Origin: a virus
Taxonomy: Duplodnaviria; Caudoviricetes
IMG/VR virus record: IMGVR_UViG_3300021431_004524
Span: 64,001 to 128,000 of that record
Strand: one strand, 5' to 3'
DNA: 64,000 nt
This document shows, one piece after another, positions 58,158 to 64,000 of this stretch. Made by a program: the position numbers and the translations under genes. Numbering within the stretch: position 1 is the first letter of the stretch; each line of letters begins with the position of its first letter. Below the pieces are notes generated by a model, which made no database searches, was not told the origin of the DNA, and saw only the letters and a list, made by a program, of their open reading frames with translations.

Positions 58158-58649
58158 ATGAAAACATTTGATTTAACAGAAGAGAATCAGGAGTTGTTTA
58201 ATGACTTGTTTGAGGAAACCGGTTATCACAATTACATGCAGTTGAGACTTATTGGAGTCGCTAAATCAAAAGATGTGATTACAGTGAACAGACCAAATGC
58301 GGTTGCAAAACATGTCGGACATCTACCAGATGATGTAGTAACTATTCTTGTGTATGAGGATGCATTTGACCGTCTTGATGATAAAAATAAGAGACTGCTT
58401 ATCAAAGATGCATTTAACCTTATATCTTATGATAGTGAAAAGGATAAGATTACAATTGGCACACCAATGATTACTGTGACTGTAAATGGCAGACAGATGT
58501 GGGGTGATGAACTTATTAATGCAGCAGAGATTGGTGTTATGGCTATCCAACAGATAGAGGAAGAAAAACGTGAGGCACGTGAAGAGGAAAAGGCACGTAA
58601 GGCGGCTGAAAAGGCTGCTAAGAAACGGTATAAAAACAAGAATGCATAG
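58158..58649 (+). CDS. hypothetical protein (possibly degenerate phage metallopeptidase-like)
   Basis: VYEDAFDRLDDKNKRLLIKDAF resembles that family but lacks HExxH. Confidence 0.5.
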   Translation: MKTFDLTEENQELFNDLFEETGYHNYMQLRLIGVAKSKDVITVNRPNAVAKHVGHLPDDVVTILVYEDAFDRLDDKNKRLLIKDAFNLISYDSEKDKITIGTPMITVTVNGRQMWGDELINAAEIGVMAIQQIEEEKREAREEEKARKAAEKAAKKRYKNKNA

Positions 58650-59400
58650 TAATTATTCATTGTATTGTGGTGATTGTATAGAGGTAATGCGTCAGCTTAT
58701 TGCAATGCATGTAAAGGCTGATGCAATTATCTGTGATATTCCCTATGGTATTCATAATAATAAGTTTGATACGGTTATACCATTTGATGATATGTGGGAT
58801 TGTATCGACAAACTTGTTAAACCAAAGGGCAATATCATCTTATTTGGTAGTGGTTTGTTTGCTTGCAAATTGGCTTTAAGCAATGAGAAGAAATTCAGAT
58901 ATGAATTAATTTGGAAAAAGTCAAAATGCGGCTCACCACTCACTGCCAAGTATATGCCATTAAAAAAACATGAGAATATTCTTGTATTCGGTGAAAGCGC
59001 AGCGTATTATGAGCCACAAATGACAACCGGGACACCATATAAAAGGAAATATACGCCAAATAAGGTAAATAACCTTGGTTATGGTATTGCAGGTGTACAG
59101 ACTGACAATAAAGGCACAAGACACCCATCAACAGTGCTTGATTTTCCACAAAAATGGAGAAGACAAGACCAACTTCATCCAACACAGAAACCTGTTGAAT
59201 TAATGGAATTCCTTGTTAAGTCCTATTGTCCTAAAAGCGGACTTGTAATAGATTTTTGTGCCGGTAGTGGAAGTACCGGTGTCGCATGTATAAACACTGA
59301 TAGAGATTTCATCGGGATAGAAATTGATAAGAATTATTATAAGACAATGAGTGAAAGAATAAGTAAGGCTGTAATTAATAAAGAACAAAGTAATGGATAA
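58642..59400 (+). CDS. beta-class N6-A/N4-C DNA methyltransferase
   Basis: GDCIE, DIPYG (motif IV), HPTQKP, DFCAGSGST (motif I); ATG at 58642. Confidence 0.9.
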   Translation: MHSNYSLYCGDCIEVMRQLIAMHVKADAIICDIPYGIHNNKFDTVIPFDDMWDCIDKLVKPKGNIILFGSGLFACKLALSNEKKFRYELIWKKSKCGSPLTAKYMPLKKHENILVFGESAAYYEPQMTTGTPYKRKYTPNKVNNLGYGIAGVQTDNKGTRHPSTVLDFPQKWRRQDQLHPTQKPVELMEFLVKSYCPKSGLVIDFCAGSGSTGVACINTDRDFIGIEIDKNYYKTMSERISKAVINKEQSNG

Positions 59401-60070
59401 TGTAAAAGATTTAAGGCTTTTTGCCACAGATAAAGGTGTAAATGGTAATACATTTGACGAGTATCAGAAGTATAATTTTGGAAATACATATATAAATCCA
59501 AGTGTTGTTGAAGAACGCCAACTTAATGTTACAAGTATCGATGTTTTCAGCCGACTGCTTATGGATAGGATTATATTCCTTGGTACTGAGATTAACGAAG
59601 ATGTTGCAAATATCATTTCTGCTCAACTTCTTTGGCTTGAACAACAAGGAAACGGTGATATTACACTACAGATTTCAAGTCCCGGTGGAGGCATTTATGC
59701 CGGATATCAGATACTTGATACGATGTCATTCATTAAACCAGACATTTCAACTATATCTATGGGTATGGTTGCTTCAATGGCAACAGTAATTGCAAGCAGT
59801 GGTACAAAAGGAAAGAGATTTATCCTACCTCATGCAAGATTCCTTGTACATCAGCCTTTACAGCACGGCGGTGGAACAAAACAATGTAGTGATGTCCAGA
59901 TACAGGCAAAAGAGATACAGATATTAAAGGAAGAATTACAGCATATATTGGCTGAAAATAGCGGTCAACAATATGATGTGATTGAAAAAATGTGTGACCG
60001 TGATACAATCCTTACAGCAAAGGAGACAATTGATTATGGCTTTGTTGATTCAATAGTAAATAGGAAGTGA
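59393..60070 (+). CDS. clpP: ATP-dependent Clp protease proteolytic subunit
   Basis: DVFSRLLMDRIIFLG, SPGG, GMVASMA (Ser), HQP (His), DRD (Asp). Confidence 0.93.
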   Translation: MDNVKDLRLFATDKGVNGNTFDEYQKYNFGNTYINPSVVEERQLNVTSIDVFSRLLMDRIIFLGTEINEDVANIISAQLLWLEQQGNGDITLQISSPGGGIYAGYQILDTMSFIKPDISTISMGMVASMATVIASSGTKGKRFILPHARFLVHQPLQHGGGTKQCSDVQIQAKEIQILKEELQHILAENSGQQYDVIEKMCDRDTILTAKETIDYGFVDSIVNRK

Positions 60071-60876
60071 TGTTAGACATAAACAAGGTATATAATGGTG
60101 ATTCAGATTTGATATTGAAAAATATTGACTCTGAATCAATTGATTTAGTAGTTACATCACCACCTTATGATAATCTAAGGAAATATAATGGTGTTGGTGA
60201 CACGTGGAATCATGATAAATTCAAAGAAATTGCCAATGAATTGTGCCGAACACTGAAGAAAGGCGGTGTAATTGTATGGAATGTCAACGATAAGACAGAA
60301 AATGGCTCTAAAACGGGTACATCTTTCAGACAAGCATTGTATTTCATGGATTTAGGTCTTAATTTGAACGACACAATGTTGTGGAAAAAAAGCAATTGTA
60401 TGCCGCAAGTCAAACAGCCGAGATATACACAGTGTTTTGAATATATGTTCATATTTTCTAAAGGTAAACCAAAGACTTTTAACCCAATTATGAGACCGTG
60501 TAAATCAGCCGGGTTGCATTATCAATCAACAGCAAAAATAATGGGTGGGGAAAGTGGAAGAAAAAGTCTTGATTATCATGTAAATTCAGAAATGGTAGAT
60601 TATAACGTATGGGAAATGGCAGTTGCACAGAATCGGGAAACATATCCTGTAAATGGCAAGGAAATAAAACATCCTGCTGTCTTTCCTTATGAATTGCCAT
60701 ACAGACATATACAAAGTTGGTCAAATGAAGGTGACATTGTGTTAGACCCTTTTGCTGGTAGCGGAACTACATTACTTGCAGCAAGAGATTTGAACAGGAA
60801 TTACATTGGTGTTGAAATGAATAGTGATTATTGTGAGATAATAAAACAAAGACTAAATAAGGATGGATGCAGATAA
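60070..60876 (+). CDS. beta-class DNA methyltransferase, probably N4-cytosine
   Basis: VTSPPY, HPAVFP, DPFAGSGTT; TGATG-coupled to clpP. Confidence 0.9.
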   Translation: MLDINKVYNGDSDLILKNIDSESIDLVVTSPPYDNLRKYNGVGDTWNHDKFKEIANELCRTLKKGGVIVWNVNDKTENGSKTGTSFRQALYFMDLGLNLNDTMLWKKSNCMPQVKQPRYTQCFEYMFIFSKGKPKTFNPIMRPCKSAGLHYQSTAKIMGGESGRKSLDYHVNSEMVDYNVWEMAVAQNRETYPVNGKEIKHPAVFPYELPYRHIQSWSNEGDIVLDPFAGSGTTLLAARDLNRNYIGVEMNSDYCEIIKQRLNKDGCR

Positions 60877-61015
60877 GATTATAAATGATTTATACCAAGG
60901 TGCTTTGGATAACAGACCGACATTTACGGATGAAATGATTGAACATATGAAACAAGAAGTTGCCAAGATGAAAGATGAAGCAAGAAAATGGCACGAAATT
61001 CATAAAAAAAATTAA
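60863..61015 (+). CDS. small hypothetical protein (50 aa, not in ORF track)
   Basis: MDADKIINDLYQGALDNRPTFTDEMIEHMKQEVAKMKDEARKWHEIHKKN; fills the gap after the MTase. Confidence 0.5.
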   Translation: MDADKIINDLYQGALDNRPTFTDEMIEHMKQEVAKMKDEARKWHEIHKKN

Positions 61016-61073
61016 AATGATTGTCGTTTTTTACTTAAGCACACTAATTATTAGTGTACTTATTTAATTAAAA

Positions 61074-61742
61074 ATGATGAATACTTCGACAAACGATAAA
61101 ATATTAAATAAATATTACTTTGTACAAGATGAAGTAATTTATAATATAAGTAATTCACAAGATTCAGATTACTGTGGGATATCACCTGGTTATGATGATA
61201 ATGGAGTAAAAAGTGATGATGTTCTTAAGGGTATTTTTCCATACATCAAGCTTACTTATACAACATTTAAAACAGAGACAGATTCAGACGGTAATATAAC
61301 ACGAACAGACGAAACTACTGGTAATCAGAAATATTTATGGTTGCAAAATTTTATTTATGAAGGCGATAAATATGACGGAAGTAAATTTATCTGTACGGAA
61401 AAATTACATAAAGATGGGTGTAAGACTTTCATACAAAGATATGTTAAAAGTTTAGAGAATCAAATCAGAGATAGAATAAAAGCGGGGTATACGGTTTCAA
61501 GTCTGCGTAATTTATATCCCATCTATCTTTATGAGAAAGAATATGAAACAAGAATAGATGGAAAATATGTTAAAGTTACAGATGTATCTGATTTTGCTAC
61601 CCTTAGTATTCTTTCTGATGATAATATAGGTAGTTTGTATGAAAGATTAGCGAAAGAAGAAGCCGAAATTGCTGCAAATAAGATACTTAATAAAAATAAT
61701 CAGCAAGTTGATACTTTAGATTTAACTGTTAAACCTATTTAA
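61074..61742 (+). CDS. hypothetical protein
   Basis: 222-aa ORF. Confidence 0.7.
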   Translation: MMNTSTNDKILNKYYFVQDEVIYNISNSQDSDYCGISPGYDDNGVKSDDVLKGIFPYIKLTYTTFKTETDSDGNITRTDETTGNQKYLWLQNFIYEGDKYDGSKFICTEKLHKDGCKTFIQRYVKSLENQIRDRIKAGYTVSSLRNLYPIYLYEKEYETRIDGKYVKVTDVSDFATLSILSDDNIGSLYERLAKEEAEIAANKILNKNNQQVDTLDLTVKPI

Positions 61743-61748
61743 AATTAA

Positions 61749-61776
61749 AAGAGTCTCAATTTACCTTGAGACTCTT
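61749..61776. terminator. bidirectional terminator between convergent genes
   Basis: AAGAGTCTCAA / TTGAGACTCTT perfect 11-bp stem. Confidence 0.7.
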
Positions 61777-61895
61777 CTTATAAATCTTCGAGTGGTATTC
61801 GGTGTTCCATTTGTCACAACAGTATGTGAAGGTGTCTTTATAATCTTTTTAGCCGGCTGTGTAGCCAAGTTCTTTTTTCCGCAATTACATCTCAT
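61761..61895 (-). CDS. small basic peptide with N-terminal MRCNCGK motif (44 aa, not in ORF track)
   Basis: MRCNCGKKNLATQPAKKIIKTPSHTVVTNGTPNTTRRFIRRVSR; lies downstream of the ferritin-like gene. Confidence 0.55.
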   Translation of the reverse strand: MRCNCGKKNLATQPAKKIIKTPSHTVVTNGTPNTTRRFIRRVSR

Positions 61896-61915
61896 TTTTG
61901 TATTTATTGTTTAAG

Positions 61916-62329
61916 TTAATTATTTTGCTTATAGTTTGATACTTTATCAAAAGAACAAAGGAATATGTTCTTCTGCATTGCGCCTTTGTAATCATCAATT
62001 GTTGATACAAGTCCTGATAATTTGTCAATTTTACTAAATTCAGTCTTTAGAATATCAACTATTTCTGTTGCTCTCTCACAAAGTTCACCGAGGTCATCGG
62101 TTTCATTAATTTCAAGTTCGTTCAACTTAGTAAGTTGTGAATATGACGGCTTTCCGTAATATCCAAATGACTGTTCAGCCAATTCATCAGCGAAATCGAC
62201 AATAGTATTTCTGACTTTATCGCATAATTCATGGGCATGATTGCTGTCAGTCGAATAGTGTATCATTTTCGTTGCATCAGCATATAGATACAGTTTAAAA
62301 ATTATGTCACTTATCTGTGAAATCTCCAT
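61916..62329 (-). CDS. ferritin/Dps-like four-helix protein (DUF5856-like)
   Basis: KMIHY...HAHELCD...FADELAEQSFG Dps-like metal-ligand spacing. Confidence 0.65.
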   Translation of the reverse strand: MEISQISDIIFKLYLYADATKMIHYSTDSNHAHELCDKVRNTIVDFADELAEQSFGYYGKPSYSQLTKLNELEINETDDLGELCERATEIVDILKTEFSKIDKLSGLVSTIDDYKGAMQKNIFLCSFDKVSNYKQNN

Positions 62330-62403
62330 TTTGCTATTAATTTTCCTATAAATATACTTTAAAAATTAAACTTTAACAATATTTAAGATACTTTTATACA
62401 ATT

Positions 62404-62427
62404 TTTGGCAATAAATTAGTATATTTG
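62404..62427 (+). promoter_or_regulatory. Bacteroidetes-type -7 element
   Basis: TAGTATATTTGC with TATATTTG at 62420-62427; -33 TTTG not at the usual spacing. Confidence 0.55.
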
Positions 62428-62442
62428 CCAAAAATTTAGATT

Positions 62443-62646
62443 ATGAGTATAGTTTATCTGATAATTGCCATTATTATAATATTAAATGGCACACGTGTTA
62501 GAAACAAATATGTGAATTACTATTTTAATTTTGATACAAGCAGCCCATGTAAAGCGTTTGCACATTTTTTGGGGACATTTTTATATGCCTTAACTGAGGG
62601 TGTTTGTTGGTGGTATATAATAAAAACAATAATTGAAAAAATATAA
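62443..62646 (+). CDS. small membrane protein
   Basis: Two hydrophobic segments; TAATG-coupled to the next gene. Confidence 0.55.
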   Translation: MSIVYLIIAIIIILNGTRVRNKYVNYYFNFDTSSPCKAFAHFLGTFLYALTEGVCWWYIIKTIIEKI

Positions 62647-63476
62647 TGTTTCAACCTGTAATTAAGTGGAGTGGCAGTAAAAGAAGCCAAGCAAGTGAGA
62701 TTATTAAATATTTTCCAAAGGAAATTGATACCTATTATGAACCTTTTTGCGGAGGCGCATCTGTGTTAAGAGCGTTATTAGAAAGTGAAATAAAGGTTAA
62801 TAAATATGTGTGTTCAGATTTAAATAATGGCTTAATAGAACTATGGAATAAAATAAAATATAACCCTAATGAAGTTGCCGACCACTATGAGAAGTTGTGG
62901 TATGAAATGAATGGTGATGTCAGCAAGGATAAAGCATATAAAAGGTCTTATTTTGAAAAAATAAGGGAAAGATACAATATAGAGCATAATCCATTGGATT
63001 TTATGTTTATAATGAGGACTACGACAAATGGAATGCCAAGATATAATTCCAATGGTGATTTTAATAATTCGTTTCATATTACAAGAGACGGAATTATTCC
63101 AGATAAATTAAGACAGATAATTAAAGAATGGAGTGATTTATTGTTCACTAATGATGTGTCATTTATAAACTGTTCTTATGAATATATAACCCCGTCAGAT
63201 AATGATTTTATGTATATCGACCCACCATATGCCGGCACAAAGGGTATGTATTTTGGTGGATTTGATAATAACAAATTATTTGAATGGTTGAAGATTGTAA
63301 AATGTAAATGGGCGATGTCATATGATGGTATAAGCGGTAAAATAGACAATACATATAACGTACCGGAAGATTTATATGATGAACATATATACATTAAGAG
63401 TGGAAACAGTTCATTTAAAAGAGTGATAGGTAAATCGAGAGATTCAATAGTTTTTGAAAGTTTATATATAAAATGA
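62646..63476 (+). CDS. Dam-family (D12 class, alpha) N6-adenine DNA methyltransferase
   Basis: KWSGSK, YYEPFCGGAS, SDLN, YIDPPY. Confidence 0.9.
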   Translation: MFQPVIKWSGSKRSQASEIIKYFPKEIDTYYEPFCGGASVLRALLESEIKVNKYVCSDLNNGLIELWNKIKYNPNEVADHYEKLWYEMNGDVSKDKAYKRSYFEKIRERYNIEHNPLDFMFIMRTTTNGMPRYNSNGDFNNSFHITRDGIIPDKLRQIIKEWSDLLFTNDVSFINCSYEYITPSDNDFMYIDPPYAGTKGMYFGGFDNNKLFEWLKIVKCKWAMSYDGISGKIDNTYNVPEDLYDEHIYIKSGNSSFKRVIGKSRDSIVFESLYIK

Positions 63477-63790
63477 CAAAAGAAGTTGAAGAATTTATAC
63501 TTCTGAATGATAAAGAAGATAAATTATTTTTAAATAATACAGAAAAGGTAATGTTTATTATCCTATCCGACCAAATCTGTATGTTATTTGAAGAGTATAA
63601 TAAAGAAAGGTATTTTGATAAGTTAAAACTAATTAAAGACTTCTATGATAAAATATTTGTCTTTACTGTAAGACCGTTGATGGAAAACAATGAAAAACTG
63701 ATGAAAGAACTTGAGTTACAGATGAAATACGGCACAAGAATCACATTATTGCCGGAAGAAATTGACAAAATAAGGAAAAAGGCTCTATGA
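63473..63790 (+). CDS. hypothetical protein
   Basis: ATGA overlap with the MTase stop. Confidence 0.6.
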   Translation: MTKEVEEFILLNDKEDKLFLNNTEKVMFIILSDQICMLFEEYNKERYFDKLKLIKDFYDKIFVFTVRPLMENNEKLMKELELQMKYGTRITLLPEEIDKIRKKAL

Positions 63791-63870
63791 GTTGTTTCCC
63801 TACTATAAGGAACACTATAATAAGTTAAATAATAAAAATGGTTTAAAGTTAAAAAAAAAGTTTGGTAATT

Positions 63871-64000
63871 ATGTTAAGAGCTTGGGCAGTAAAGGACAAT
63901 AAAGGGCGGGAAGTCATTTGCCAATGTCATTGTAAGCCGTTTGACTATCTTGAAACGGTTTTGGATAATGAAAGACATGGTTTTGTACCTAAAGGACTAT
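63871..64000 (+). CDS. 3'-truncated hypothetical protein
   Basis: MLRAWAVKDNKGREVICQCHCKPFDYL... open to the window end. Confidence 0.4.
   Translation, partial: MLRAWAVKDNKGREVICQCHCKPFDYLETVLDNERHGFVPKGL

Noticed and set aside
749-63394. Numerous 60-240 aa antisense/overlapping ORFs in the track (e.g. 49952-50668, 17282-17680, 57087-57464)
   Set aside because: They are shadows of long, motif-bearing genes on the opposite strand or frame, with atypical F/S/I/L-rich composition
58642-63476. Restriction-modification system
   Set aside because: Three MTases but no recognisable cognate endonuclease; orphan MTases are common in large phages
63771-63902. Possible +1 frameshift extension of the 63473 ORF (RLYELFPYYKEHYNKL...) at an A5 run
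   Set aside because: Only ~40 codons, overlaps the next start at 63871, and has no supporting homology; could be chance or an assembly slip
1-64000. Stop-codon reassignment (TAG or TGA recoding as in Lak/crAss phages)
   Set aside because: Code-11 ORFs tile the window densely, and TAG and TGA terminate genes at sensible boundaries (e.g. 51597, 55433, 56620, 9152)
1-64000. tRNA, rRNA, CRISPR arrays, group I/II introns, DGR
   Set aside because: Intergenic gaps are short and AT-rich; no cloverleaf, repeat-spacer array, reverse transcriptase or interrupted gene was seen

Overview
A 64 kb, AT-rich segment of a large contractile-tailed (myovirus/jumbo-type) phage genome in the standard genetic code. 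Genes are densely packed, almost all on the + strand. The host is very likely a gut/rumen Bacteroidetes: at least 8 intergenic TTTG-N19/20-TAnnTTTG promoters, mostly SD-less A-rich translation starts, a Bacteroides-like RpoD and ClpP, and BACON domains. Tail/baseplate genes (OmpA-like protein, LysM/gpX-like, 2171-aa hub with peptidoglycan hydrolase domains, gp25, gp6, 2314-aa virion protein, BACON protein) are interleaved with a T4-like replication/recombination set (gp32-like SSB, TK, RecA/UvsX, 5'-3' exonuclease, intein-containing DnaB-like helicase, Mre11/SbcD, RuvC-like nuclease, primase, Rad50/SbcC). Also present are an anaerobic RNR operon, a sigma-70 factor, putative head-internal proteins, a putative lysis cassette, ClpP, three DNA methyltransferases and a ferritin-like protein. 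Most notable: (1) a ferredoxin:thioredoxin-reductase-like Fe-S gene between a redoxin-type nrdD and nrdG; (2) strong Shine-Dalgarno sites mainly at the putative lysis genes in an otherwise SD-less Bacteroidetes phage; (3) a T4-T-like GAF holin plus a beta-signal spanin candidate; (4) apparent GATC absence and CCGG excess; (5) a class 3 intein; (6) an Mre11/Rad50 pair that looks split at an unusual point. All assignments come from motif recognition by eye; no searches were run.
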